A DNA stretch of 64,000 nt from Fibrobacteria bacterium (lineage in GTDB: Bacteria; Fibrobacterota; Fibrobacteria; UBA11236; JADFYW01). The notes beneath the pieces are model-generated. The model did no database searches and was not told where the DNA came from. It was given only the letters and a program-made list of their open reading frames with translations. Positions 1-10,023 of this stretch are shown piece by piece. The stretch is taken from NCBI GenBank assembly GCA_050294405.1, contig JBNKOC010000028.1:1-64000 (forward strand), read 5' to 3'. The position numbers and the translations under genes were made by a program. The first letter of the stretch is position 1. Each line of letters starts with the position of its first letter.

Positions 1-140
1 TTTTCTTCTTACTATTTTTTGTTCTGTGGTCATGGTTGACTCCTTTTTATTTGTGTGTTGAGTTAAATTAATAACTCTTGGAGTCTCCATGGCCATACCG
101 CATTATGGCTCAACTGTCAGGTGAATACGATCACTGTACA
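1..140 (-). mobile_element. Left end of an IS481-family element (transposase start at 33, runs off the window)
   Basis: Minus strand reads TGTACAGTGATCGTATTCACCTGACA from 140 (IS481-type TGT terminus), then AAGGAG RBS (40-45) and ATG at 33 encoding MTTEQKIVRRK, typical of IS481 transposase N-termini. Confidence 0.7.
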
Positions 141-161
141 AACATACGAAATATGTCATAA

Positions 162-272
162 TGGAAGTTTAAAAATGGTATCAAAAACATAAATAACACA
201 CTAAGAAAGGCCCTAAATTATCTTACACCTTATGAAGTTTTTTTAAACAATAGAAAAATTGTTCTTACCTTA
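162..272 (+). pseudogene. C-terminal fragment of an IS30-family transposase
   Basis: Frame starting at 180 reads IKNINNTLRKALNYLTPYEVFLNNRKIVLT, resembling the IS30 C-terminal LNNRPRKxLxYxTPxEVF...VAL motif; no upstream ORF. Confidence 0.5.
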
Positions 273-2039
273 ACTTATAAGGGATAAATAATAGTTAACA
301 GCCTGTTTGGCTTCACCAATATTTGTGTTCAAAAAATTAATTCTCGCTTTTTGTGTTGAATTGCTATTCCACCAATCTGACACATCTAATACTATATTTG
401 CTAAAAATTCACATGCTTTTTTTGGTTCCGTTTGAAAAATACCCACACATATTAATTCATCATAGATATCTTTAAATTCCCCATTTAAATAATAACAGTC
501 TTTGTTAAACAATACTATCGTTGGAATATTCATTACTAATGATTCTAAATGGGATGTTGCCAAGTAATCAATAATCACTAATCTTGAATTTAACATTCTA
601 TTTTTTGCTGACTTTGTAAAATCATCTATCATATAAAATGATTTTGTATCAATTGAATTGTTCTTAGAGTTTCGTAACCATTTTTGTTTTGGGGGATAAT
701 CTCTAAATATCATTTGACTTTTAATATCTTGGTTAAGTTTTGAGAAAAATGTTTTTATAAATTGCAAATATTTTTCTCCATTTTCTCCATTTTCTCCATA
801 AGCAGAATTAATCTCTGTATGCTTCACAAATGAAGCCGCAGAAACATATAGAATATTTTTTTTATTGCTATAATGATATTTTTTTTGATTAAATTCAAAT
901 AAAGATGCTAACGGCTTGTATTTTGTGTTTTTTGATTTCCATCCCAATGTCAAAAATACATCAACCATGTTGCAAATAAAGTCATTTCTGTTACCTAAAT
1001 ATGGATGTTCTAAATAATTATGTTCGTTATATATATGTTTAATATTATATTCCGCCTTTAAAATTGATAAATAAAAAGATAATGCTGTATCATTTAACCA
1101 CCCTTCTGAAATCACATATTTAAGCTTTGCAAATGATTTTGCTTGAACTAAATAAAACGCGTAATTTATTTTAAAATCTTCAATAAAAAATACCGGAAAG
1201 GCAAAAACGCAAACTTTTTTAAAAAATTCATCAAACTTATCCTTTATTGTAAAGTTTTTAAATAAAGATTCTCGCATACTAAAATTAATTTTAGTGTCAT
1301 TTATTTTAGGATAACGAAATGTAACGTCTTTTATTTTGCCTTTACTTTTCCACAATAATTTATTTTTATATAATTGTGAAAAATAGGAATGAATAATGGC
1401 TACTTGTGGTTTTTTATAGAATACAAATGTTAGTAGTCGTCGTATAATTTTTTGAATTGAAATATTTTTTAATCTATGAATTGAACTTATTTTTATTTTT
1501 GATGGCTTTGAAATGGTATTATGATATTTTGTATTTAAAACATTATTTTCAATATGACTTTCTGGGAAAAATGTTTCGATATAAATTGCAAACAATTCTT
1601 CGATACCTTTTTCATTGGATATAAAATTAGTAGCACAATCTTCAAAATTCCTATTAACTACAAATTCGTCTTTATTAATATGCCTAAAAATATGTTTGTT
1701 TATATCAAAATTATTGTCATGTAATTTAAAAGCATCATATATAATATGGATATATCTTCTGAGTCCCACTCCAAAAGATTTTTTCCATGTTTCGTCAGTA
1801 AAACATATTTTGTGAAAGTTATTCAAATTTGAAGCAAGCTCCTGCATATATTGTTCATATTTATTTTTTAATAACTCAACATCTTTTTCAAAGGATTCCC
1901 TATCAGGTCTCGTCGAAGGTGCAATTATTACTCGAGAATGATCACTGTATTGGCTAATGTAGGAATGAGTCACAAATATTTCATCTGATACATAATTATT
2001 TTTAAGGCCTAATGTACTTACAATGTATGGAATTTTCAT
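270..2039 (-). CDS. LIC12162-family putative transferase of nonulosonic-acid glycan loci
   Basis: 589 aa; YNEHNY, DVFLTLGW and C-terminal SRLVIIDYLATSHLESLVMNIPTI...VGIF...WWNS pattern; lies downstream of the CMP-synthetase. Confidence 0.6.
   Translation of the reverse strand: MKIPYIVSTLGLKNNYVSDEIFVTHSYISQYSDHSRVIIAPSTRPDRESFEKDVELLKNKYEQYMQELASNLNNFHKICFTDETWKKSFGVGLRRYIHIIYDAFKLHDNNFDINKHIFRHINKDEFVVNRNFEDCATNFISNEKGIEELFAIYIETFFPESHIENNVLNTKYHNTISKPSKIKISSIHRLKNISIQKIIRRLLTFVFYKKPQVAIIHSYFSQLYKNKLLWKSKGKIKDVTFRYPKINDTKINFSMRESLFKNFTIKDKFDEFFKKVCVFAFPVFFIEDFKINYAFYLVQAKSFAKLKYVISEGWLNDTALSFYLSILKAEYNIKHIYNEHNYLEHPYLGNRNDFICNMVDVFLTLGWKSKNTKYKPLASLFEFNQKKYHYSNKKNILYVSAASFVKHTEINSAYGENGENGEKYLQFIKTFFSKLNQDIKSQMIFRDYPPKQKWLRNSKNNSIDTKSFYMIDDFTKSAKNRMLNSRLVIIDYLATSHLESLVMNIPTIVLFNKDCYYLNGEFKDIYDELICVGIFQTEPKKACEFLANIVLDVSDWWNSNSTQKARINFLNTNIGEAKQAVNYYLSLIS
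772..798. repeat. 9-bp tandem repeat (TTTTCTCCA x3) inside the CDS
   Basis: Directly visible; encodes GENGENGE on the minus strand. Confidence 0.9.
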
Positions 2040-2219
2040 TTTTGTATAATTCTTATGAATTGATGGAAATTATAAAACTTCATTAATTATTTTTAGATAT
2101 TTATTAATATACTTTGACAATTAAAATATGATGTATTAATACTTCTGGATACAGTCTCCCTTTTTCATCGCTTTTTCTAATTTTGGTACTCCTCCTAAAG
2201 GGATTCCCTTCAAATTGAT

Positions 2220-3429
2220 TTAACATAAGTGCGAATATCTAATGTTTTCTGGACCACTTCCTATGGGAAACTTTCGTTTTACATTCCAGACATTGTTCAT
2301 ATTGGCCTTCCTTTTAACAAAGGATTTTTTCTGCAAATTTATTTGTTTCCTTTGACTCCCTTTGGCTTTGGATGAATGATATCCTTTGCTACGTATTAGT
2401 TTATGGATTCCATCTTTGTTTTTTTGGAAGATTTGTTTCCTTTTTTTGAACCCTTCCTTTGCCTTCTGATTCGATTTTCCAAATAAAATCTCTAATAACA
2501 ATAGCAAGTGGTCCATAGCATTATAAAAATTATTTATCACATCAAACTGTCCACAAAAAGAATATCCATCTATAATCAGAAACTTTTTTACCTTTCACGA
2601 AGCTTATTAAGTACATGGTGAACTTCATTTACAAAAATTTCTTTAAATGAGGACAACTCGTTTTAGGGTATATGTGCAGAATAGAGATTGGAGATTTTTT
2701 TGAGTCCATTTTTGTCGTTTTCATAATAAAATATGCTTCCCACTATAGCATTTCTAAAAGTTGTTTTATTTCCATTTTCATAACTCAATTTTCACGATGG
2801 ACCTTTCGGCCTTTTTTTTTCCACGTTCATTAAAAAGGACGTTTACGCCATCCAAACTGAAGACGAGAGCCTTTGTATTTCCCGGAATATTCTCGTTTTT
2901 CCTCAAACACATATTGATTTCCACACGGTTTCTCCAACAACCTCACCAAGTTTTGAAATAACAATTTTAATCGCTGTAACTGATGGTTTAAAAAAAGAAT
3001 ATTTTTTAAAAATTTGAGCAGCTGTTACTGGGGTGACATGATCTGTGGCAAAACATATGATTTCCCGTGCATCGGTTGAAGTGTATTCACCTTCAACACC
3101 CAATTTAAGATTCATAGGTGCGTTAATTTTCCCTCCATTATCATGTTGATAAATCTTCCGTTTCAAAAAAAATTACCAAAATGAATCGAAAAAATGATTT
3201 TCGCTGACCTGTTTGAATCGAACGTTTGCTCTTCTGTATAGGCGATTTTTTTGGGATCTTCATGGGATTCCATAAAGGTTTGAAATAGAATTTTGCCAGA
3301 TTCTTCTAGGAAGCATCTTAGATTTTTAGAAAACTGAGCTGCAGTTTGAGGGGTTAGAGATGAAAATTCTTGAGAATTAAAAAACTCAAGGAGTTTTTTT
3401 TTTAATTGTCTGCTTGCTTGGTTGATCAT
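2220..3429 (-). pseudogene. Fragmented ISKra4-family (UPF0236-like) transposase
   Basis: Fragments in several frames: RKIYQHDNGG..AREIICFATDHVTP, LVFSLDGVNVL (catalytic-D region), FYNAMDHL, FPIGSGP; multiple frameshifts and stops. Confidence 0.6.
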
Positions 3430-3447
3430 TTTTCCTAATATGTCCAG

Positions 3448-3570
3448 ATACCGTTCAGAAAAATGATCATATCCTGGAGATGAAAGTCCACACTTTGAAC
3501 AACGTCCTTTTTTGTTTTTGCGAGGCTCAATGCCTACACGTACAGTCGTTTCATCCCTAATATTTATAAA
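3448..3570 (-). pseudogene. ISL3-family transposase N-terminal zinc-finger fragment (part of chimeric ORF 3163-3669)
   Basis: VGIEPRKNKKGRCSKCGLSSPGYDHFSER matches the ISL3 N-terminal CxxC..GYD pattern. Confidence 0.55.
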
Positions 3571-3736
3571 TTTATTTGAAATGGTAAACGCGATTGAGTA
3601 TTGCTTTAACGAACTTACCATGAATTTTCCAAATGATTTTGTGGGAAATTTCAAATTAGAAAATATCATTTATATGCTTATTTTTTACTTTTTTGACTTA
3701 CAAATTCTGCAATAAAACATTTTTATTAGACAGAAT

Positions 3737-4444
3737 TTATTCTTTGGACTTAAATAAATCTATTGCCCTTTCAAAATCTGATAGTGTGTCTATGTCAACA
3801 CTAGATTTTTCTCCCATAATATAAGGAAGAGTTTTTTTTGACATAATTTTTTTCGATTTTAGAAAAGATTTAATTGAAAACAAATAAATTGCCCCGTTGA
3901 ATCGGTAATAATTTGGTAAGTCTTGCCTTCGATTATAATTATCATTGGTATCAAGCAAATCTTCCAAAAATCCATTTTCGTTAATTTTTTTCATCCAATG
4001 TGGATTTTCTTTTATGGCTTGAACAGATATTACGGAATCCGATTGGTCATTTTTATTCAATAATCCAAATGACTCATTTATGTGTTTTACTGTTCTTAAG
4101 GGGGATGTTGGTTGTAATAATATGCAATACTCAAATGATGAACTTTGAAAATTTATAAGACGATTTAAAGCATCTTCTATTACATCTATTGTCGATGCAC
4201 TATCAGTTGAAATTTTTTCTGGTCTAAGAAAAGGTACTTCTGCCCCAAATTTACGAGAAATTTCAGCAATTTCTTCTGAATCAGTTGATACAATCAACCT
4301 ATCTATATATTTTGATTTTTTTGCTTCTTCAATTGTCCAGGCAATTAATGGTTTTCCCGCAAATAACATAATATTTTTTCCAGGTAGTCCTTTTGACCCC
4401 CCCCTAGCCGGAATCAACGCCAAAACAGGTTTATTGTTGAACAT
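3737..4444 (-). CDS. neuA: CMP-nonulosonic acid synthetase (acylneuraminate cytidylyltransferase, LegF/NeuA)
   Basis: IPARGGSKGLPGKN, VSTDS, LLQPTSPLR, RRQDLP, NGAIY and SVDIDT motifs. Confidence 0.92.
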   Translation of the reverse strand: MFNNKPVLALIPARGGSKGLPGKNIMLFAGKPLIAWTIEEAKKSKYIDRLIVSTDSEEIAEISRKFGAEVPFLRPEKISTDSASTIDVIEDALNRLINFQSSSFEYCILLQPTSPLRTVKHINESFGLLNKNDQSDSVISVQAIKENPHWMKKINENGFLEDLLDTNDNYNRRQDLPNYYRFNGAIYLFSIKSFLKSKKIMSKKTLPYIMGEKSSVDIDTLSDFERAIDLFKSKE

Positions 4445-4468
4445 AATAATTATTTTATTTTACTTTTG

Positions 4469-5728
4469 TTAATCATCAGCTCCATCACCATTTACATTAT
4501 GTCGCAATTTCCATTCCCCATTCTTTTTTGTCCACAAATGTGGTGACTTGAACTTATCTGCCAATTCCAGAAAGTATTCAGGTTTCATTTCTATGTATTC
4601 CATAATTTCGTTAAAATATCTATCTGGAAATTCTCCATCAAATCTTTTCACTAACGCCTTCCCCTCTTCTCTTGTAATATGTTTATTGCGAATTTCTTGT
4701 GAGGCATCATAGGTAGCTCTTCCAATTCCAAATTTTATGTAGGTTGTAAAGTAATGCAAATCATCAATTTTATCGTCTATACTATTATATTTGCTGTAAG
4801 TTCCTTGTGTTCTAAATGGACGTGCCTTAAAACCTGTATTTTCTACTGCATAATAGTAAGCCTCTTGAGGAGTCCATTTTATGTAATACCCTAAATAATG
4901 TACTTCAATGTTGGATTTACCTAATTCGTCGGAAGAAGCTGGGAGAAAAGATTGCAGATCAACCATTTTTAATTGATATTTTTCCCTTAATTCTTTGATA
5001 GACATTCCTCCTAGGTATATTTCATCAAGATTTTTCATAGTAAAATATGACTTGTCTCTCAAAGAGGTATTATTGTCGGCTATTGGGTTCCCATATTCCG
5101 CTTCGTTTTCTCCATAAAATATCAAAGGTATGTTCAACTTTGCTGCAAGCTTTGGAGCAAAGTTTTTTTGGCCCAAAATAAATGTTTGGAAAGGGTGAAA
5201 TAAATTTTCAATTGATAGTTTTGTGAGCAATTTCATTACTTTTCCATTTTGCTTAAATTTTAAATTATCATGCCCCCCTACTTCGATCCAATTCTTGTAA
5301 TTATTATAGCCGTAATCAGTATATAAAATAGGTTCCCAAGTGATAGTAAGGGGGTGCATTCCATATTTTTCTTTAAGGATGTGTGATTGCATTGCACTGT
5401 CTTTTCCACCACTTCCTGGTACTATACAGTCATAGGATCCATCATTTTTTCTGTATTTTTCACATAGTTCAATTAGTTCTTTTTCTCTTTTTTCCCAATC
5501 AATACTGTTTTTTATATCAGCCTGTTTACATCCATCACAAATTCCATTTTCATCAAGATTCATTGTTACTTTTTTAGATTTAATGTTATGCTTAAATTCA
5601 ATAGTTGATGCTGGTCTTTGATTTGATATGACACACCTATTACAAAACCTGACTTCTTGTGGTAATCCATAATATGCCTTTAAATTGCTAGATTGTTTTT
5701 TTTTTGATTCAATCATTAAAAACCCCAT
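4469..5728 (-). CDS. N-acetyl sugar amidotransferase (WbuX/PseA/PtmG-like)
   Basis: N-terminal CxxC...CxxC, PP-loop SGGKDS, KFGIGRAT; sits beside HisH/HisF-like genes. Confidence 0.88.
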   Translation of the reverse strand: MGFLMIESKKKQSSNLKAYYGLPQEVRFCNRCVISNQRPASTIEFKHNIKSKKVTMNLDENGICDGCKQADIKNSIDWEKREKELIELCEKYRKNDGSYDCIVPGSGGKDSAMQSHILKEKYGMHPLTITWEPILYTDYGYNNYKNWIEVGGHDNLKFKQNGKVMKLLTKLSIENLFHPFQTFILGQKNFAPKLAAKLNIPLIFYGENEAEYGNPIADNNTSLRDKSYFTMKNLDEIYLGGMSIKELREKYQLKMVDLQSFLPASSDELGKSNIEVHYLGYYIKWTPQEAYYYAVENTGFKARPFRTQGTYSKYNSIDDKIDDLHYFTTYIKFGIGRATYDASQEIRNKHITREEGKALVKRFDGEFPDRYFNEIMEYIEMKPEYFLELADKFKSPHLWTKKNGEWKLRHNVNGDGADD

Positions 5729-5732
5729 TTAT

Positions 5733-6389
5733 TTATAGTTTATCTGCCCATTGCGCATATAAATTTAATCCTTCCAATGAACTTTTTTCTGGATGAAATT
5801 GAAATGCACAAATGTTATCTTTTACTACAGAAGAACAAAAAGGAACTCCTCCATAATTTGTTTGTGAAAGTATGACATCCGGATTTTTTGGTTCTACATA
5901 AAATGAATGTACAAAATACATATACTCATTATTTTTTGTATTCCTTAAAGGACTACTTTTCCAATTGTTATTTGCATTTACTGAATATATTTGAGACCAA
6001 CCAACATGAGGTACTTTTAATTTTTCGCCCGAATTGGAATAATTTGGAAATTTTTTTACAGTACCTTCTATGACTCCTATACCACTTGAACTGCCAAATT
6101 CTTCACTTTTCTCGAATAACAATTGCAGACCTAAACATATACCCATAATAGGTTTTCCAGCTTCGATAAATTTTCTTAAAGATTTGGTAAGACCTAATTG
6201 ATTCAAATTTTTCATTGCTTCTTTAAACGCTCCTACGCCTGGGAGTACTGCACCGTCAGCATCTTTAATAATTTCCGAATTCGATGTTATGGTACAATCA
6301 TAACCCAAATAAGTAAAAGCATGTTTAACACTAAATAGGTTACTCATTTGGTAGTCAACAATGACTATTTTTTTGTTTTTCAAATTCAT
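5733..6389 (-). CDS. HisH-like glutamine amidotransferase (WbuY-like)
   Basis: LPGVGAF, GICLGLQLL, YFVHSF and QFHPEKS catalytic triad motifs. Confidence 0.9.
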   Translation of the reverse strand: MNLKNKKIVIVDYQMSNLFSVKHAFTYLGYDCTITSNSEIIKDADGAVLPGVGAFKEAMKNLNQLGLTKSLRKFIEAGKPIMGICLGLQLLFEKSEEFGSSSGIGVIEGTVKKFPNYSNSGEKLKVPHVGWSQIYSVNANNNWKSSPLRNTKNNEYMYFVHSFYVEPKNPDVILSQTNYGGVPFCSSVVKDNICAFQFHPEKSSLEGLNLYAQWADKL

Positions 6390-7255
6390 ATTTTTACCAA
6401 TTCTGGTAATCTGGTTTTAAAATCTCTACTTACTAATTCTTTTTTTAATTCCATGATTGTACATTGATTTATTCTTCCTGGTGGTTTTTTGTTTTTTAAA
6501 AATTCCGTATTCCCCTCATCTTCATATTTGTGATTTTCCATTTGACTATAAATATATTCGTAATGAAATATGGAAGCTAGAGCTACAGCTTCAACAGGAC
6601 AATTTTTCATAAGGTCAACAACATCTTGCATTGAACCTGCCCCTCCATGTACTATAACTGGTATTGATACCTTATTATTAATTGCTTTTACAAGGTCAAT
6701 ATCAAATCCCTCACCAGTTCCTTCTTTATCAACAGATGTTATTAAAATTTCTCCGGCCCCCCTTTTTTCAATCTCCTCAACCCAATCCAAAACCTCCCGA
6801 CCCGTTTCATCTCTTGCATTGTCGGTAAATGCATAATACTTTCCATTTGGCTTTTTAATGGCTTCAATTGCAACTATAATTGTCGAAGATCCAAATTTTA
6901 ATGATGCTTCTGAAATAAATTCTGGATTTTTTATTGCTGCAGTATTGATAGACACTTTATCTGCTCCTGCTCGTAAAACCTTAATTATATCATCAATTGT
7001 ACGTAATCCCCCACCAACGGTTAAGGGTATAAACATTTTCCTTGCCGTTTTTTCAATGATATCATGTAAACTATTTCTTTCGTATAAACTAGCAACGACA
7101 TCCATAAATAAAAGTTCATCGGCTCCATTATCATAATAATATTTTGCAGCAGATTCTGGCTTACCCAAAACCCTTAGGCCCTCTAAATGAATACCTTTTA
7201 CCAGATTTGGGCCCTTTATATCTAACCTTGGTATTATTCTGATATTTTCTGACAT
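6386..7255 (-). CDS. HisF-like cyclase subunit (WbuZ-like)
   Basis: RIIPRLDIKGPNLVKG, TVGGGLR, GADKVSINTAA, GAGEILITSVDKEGTGEGFD. Confidence 0.9.
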   Translation of the reverse strand: MSENIRIIPRLDIKGPNLVKGIHLEGLRVLGKPESAAKYYYDNGADELLFMDVVASLYERNSLHDIIEKTARKMFIPLTVGGGLRTIDDIIKVLRAGADKVSINTAAIKNPEFISEASLKFGSSTIIVAIEAIKKPNGKYYAFTDNARDETGREVLDWVEEIEKRGAGEILITSVDKEGTGEGFDIDLVKAINNKVSIPVIVHGGAGSMQDVVDLMKNCPVEAVALASIFHYEYIYSQMENHKYEDEGNTEFLKNKKPPGRINQCTIMELKKELVSRDFKTRLPELVKI

Positions 7256-7270
7256 AGCATTTTTCTCACA

Positions 7271-8344
7271 CTAATTAAGACCACCACTAGCTTTGATCAT
7301 TTCAATTGAAGCCTTATACTCTTTCCACTGACCAACATCAAAATAAGATTTTTCAGAAACTGGATACACACCAATCTTCATACCATTTTCTTTTAATTTT
7401 TCAATAAGATCGGTTATATTGAAATACGCATCGTCTGGAATTAGATCAATTGTTTCTGTGTTAAAAATATACATTCCAGAGTTTACCAAAAAATTAAATT
7501 CTGGCTTTTCATTTATTTTTTTGAGCGAACCATTTTCCTCAAGTTCACAGACTCCATAAGGAATTTTATGAAATTGCATTGAAGCAACTATGGTTAGTGC
7601 ATATTTTCCTTCCGTGTGGAATTTGTGAATATCAGCATAGTCTGCATAAATTATCACATCACAATTTGATACAAAAAATGGTTTTTTAAAAATTTTATTT
7701 ATTAATTTTAATGAGCCGCTTGTACCAAGGGGTTTCTCTTCTTCTATATATTCAAGTGAAATGTCTCTATTATAATCTTCTAAGTAGGCTTTGATCATTT
7801 TGGATTTATAGCCTAATGATATTATAAAGTCATTAATGCCAAATTTAGCATATTCATCCATTATCAATTCTATCATTGTTTTCCCACCAATTGGGATTAA
7901 AGGCTTAGGAAAAAATTTAGTAAACTCAGATAATCTTGTACCTTTACCCCCAGCCATTATCACAACGGAAACATCAAGTATTTCTTTATAATGTTTATAA
8001 TTTTCTTTAAAAACATCTTCCCAAAATAAAATTTTAATAATTCTTTTTTCTGAGCTTACAACAGGTACTGCTAAAATGTAATTTTTCAATAGTAATGACT
8101 TTACATCATTTAGGTTATAATCTTCTTTTACAGTTAATGGATTCTTATTGCAAACATCTATTACTTTACCTTTTAAGCCACCTGTTTTAAGTATCCATCT
8201 GCGTACATCTCCACTACTAAGTACTCCTAAAAACAGACCATTATTATCAACTACGAAAAGTACTCGACGCCCATTCTTTTCAAGTTTCTCCATAGCTGAC
8301 TTGAGTGCTTGGTTTGCATTAATGGTATGATTTTCAATTGGCAT
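7271..8344 (-). CDS. CBS-domain sugar-phosphate nucleotidyltransferase (PtmE/LegX-like)
   Basis: N-terminal CBS pair (GVLSSGDVRR), then MAGGKGTRL..PKPL, EEKPLGTSG, NCD, EKP. Confidence 0.88.
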   Translation of the reverse strand: MPIENHTINANQALKSAMEKLEKNGRRVLFVVDNNGLFLGVLSSGDVRRWILKTGGLKGKVIDVCNKNPLTVKEDYNLNDVKSLLLKNYILAVPVVSSEKRIIKILFWEDVFKENYKHYKEILDVSVVIMAGGKGTRLSEFTKFFPKPLIPIGGKTMIELIMDEYAKFGINDFIISLGYKSKMIKAYLEDYNRDISLEYIEEEKPLGTSGSLKLINKIFKKPFFVSNCDVIIYADYADIHKFHTEGKYALTIVASMQFHKIPYGVCELEENGSLKKINEKPEFNFLVNSGMYIFNTETIDLIPDDAYFNITDLIEKLKENGMKIGVYPVSEKSYFDVGQWKEYKASIEMIKASGGLN

Positions 8345-8360
8345 TTTTATAGGTCCGAAG

Positions 8361-9362
8361 TTAAATGGTTACCAGACTGTCTTCTGTGAAATCTCTGGAT
8401 GCAGGCTTCCCCAATATTGAATCCCATTGCATGGGTGATATTCCATTACCAGGTCTAGTAACTTTTAGATTATGCTCAGTGAACAATTCTCCTTTTTTAA
8501 TTTTTTGAGCTGCTACAATTGATTTTCTAGCAATTGTTATGTTGGGGATTTCAGATAGACTTGGTTTTTTTTCTCCGTCCCCCATTGCTTTTTCAATGTT
8601 TCTAATACATTTCACCATTTGAATTAACTCAGTAGGCTCAAGACTTGCCAGGTGATCAGGACCAGGCAAACTACGGTCTAATGTAAAATGTTTTTCAATC
8701 ACGGTTGCACCTAGGGCAGCAGCCGCAATAGGTATTTCAATACCCATGGTATGATCAGAATATCCAACCTTTACATGTAAGAATTTCTTAATGGTAGACA
8801 TCGCTTTAAGATTTACATCTTGCATAGGTGTTGGGTATTGAGTATTGCAATGTAAAATGGTTATTTTCTCTCGTGAAAACCCTTCTTTATCAAAAATTTT
8901 TAAAGCATCTTCAATTTCTTTTAGAGTTGACATGCCGCTTGACAAAATTATTTTTTTCTTTTTTCTAGCGATGTGCCGAAGATAAGGTAGGTTTGTGATT
9001 TCACCTGATGGAATTTTAATTGTATTAATTCCCAACCCTAATAAATAATCGACGCTTTCAATATCAAAAGGCGTAGATAGAAATTGAATATTTATTTTTT
9101 TACAATGATTTACAAAAGCTAGATGCATTTCATGATTTATCTCTAACCTTTTTAACATTTCAAATTGAGTTTCTTCGTTCCCTGTATTTGCCTTTTGATA
9201 CTGTGCTTTAATTGCTTTTTTCGTTACTAATTTTTCTGCTTTAAATGTTTGGAATTTAACTATGTCTGCACCTGCTTTTTTGGCGACATCAATTAATTTG
9301 ATTCCTGTTTCAAGATCACCATTATGGTTGACACCCGCTTCTGCGATGATAAGAATGCTCAT
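8361..9362 (-). CDS. neuB: Nonulosonic acid synthase (LegI/NeuB)
   Basis: IIAEAGVNHNG, VKFQTF, KIPSGEITN, GYSDHT, IEKHFTLDR, C-terminal SAF/AFP domain; likely start at second Met. Confidence 0.93.
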   Translation of the reverse strand: MSILIIAEAGVNHNGDLETGIKLIDVAKKAGADIVKFQTFKAEKLVTKKAIKAQYQKANTGNEETQFEMLKRLEINHEMHLAFVNHCKKINIQFLSTPFDIESVDYLLGLGINTIKIPSGEITNLPYLRHIARKKKKIILSSGMSTLKEIEDALKIFDKEGFSREKITILHCNTQYPTPMQDVNLKAMSTIKKFLHVKVGYSDHTMGIEIPIAAAALGATVIEKHFTLDRSLPGPDHLASLEPTELIQMVKCIRNIEKAMGDGEKKPSLSEIPNITIARKSIVAAQKIKKGELFTEHNLKVTRPGNGISPMQWDSILGKPASRDFTEDSLVTI

Positions 9363-9363
9363 A

Positions 9364-10023
9364 TTACCTTTCCGGATTATACTCAAATCGTCTCCCTTTT
9401 ATTTCAATAAAAGGGGCTGGTGCCCCGGGATAGTATGTAGACCTTATTTTTAATTCAAGTTCTTCTTCTGAACAATTAGGATCTATACGTGCTAATAATT
9501 CCAATTCTTTTCTTATATATGGTTTTCGCCTCCATTGTTCATTACTAATTTTTAAAGAACCTGAATTTACAAGGTTATCAATTATTTTAGAATAAAGATT
9601 CACCATTGCTTTGTATGTTTTAATACTTAAAGTTTCAACCGATTCCCTAGTACTCATATCAAACCTTTCTACACCAATAATTAACCCTGTATCTACAGAT
9701 GGTTCCATTAAATGTGCCGTACAACCATATTGTTTTTCTTTTTGGTAAATTGCAAAATTAAAGCACCCAGTGCCTGGATATTCTGGAGGGCCTGGATGAA
9801 AATTAATATTACTTATTTTTGTATTATTTAATACTTCCTTGGGTACAATCCAAGGAGATAAATACGATATTAGGTAATCATATTTAGTGTATAATAATTT
9901 ATTTGGAAATTTATTGAATCGTGTACCGCTATAGACATCGACATTTTTCGAAAATGCCTTAGTTAGTTCAATGGCTTCTTCAACCCCTAATTTCTCTTTT
10001 TTAGTCAGAAATGCTATTTTCAA
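9364..10023 (-). CDS. Sugar N-formyltransferase (N10-formyl-THF-dependent fold)
   Basis: INFHPGPPEYPG and GCTAHLMEPSVDTG motifs (Asn-x-His...Asp of formyltransferases). Confidence 0.8.
   Translation of the reverse strand: MKIAFLTKKEKLGVEEAIELTKAFSKNVDVYSGTRFNKFPNKLLYTKYDYLISYLSPWIVPKEVLNNTKISNINFHPGPPEYPGTGCFNFAIYQKEKQYGCTAHLMEPSVDTGLIIGVERFDMSTRESVETLSIKTYKAMVNLYSKIIDNLVNSGSLKISNEQWRRKPYIRKELELLARIDPNCSEEELELKIRSTYYPGAPAPFIEIKGRRFEYNPER

Noticed and set aside
5733..7255. hisH/hisF as histidine biosynthesis genes
   Set aside because: They are embedded in a NulO operon beside an N-acetyl sugar amidotransferase, with no other his genes; this fits the WbuYZ-type ammonia-supply role
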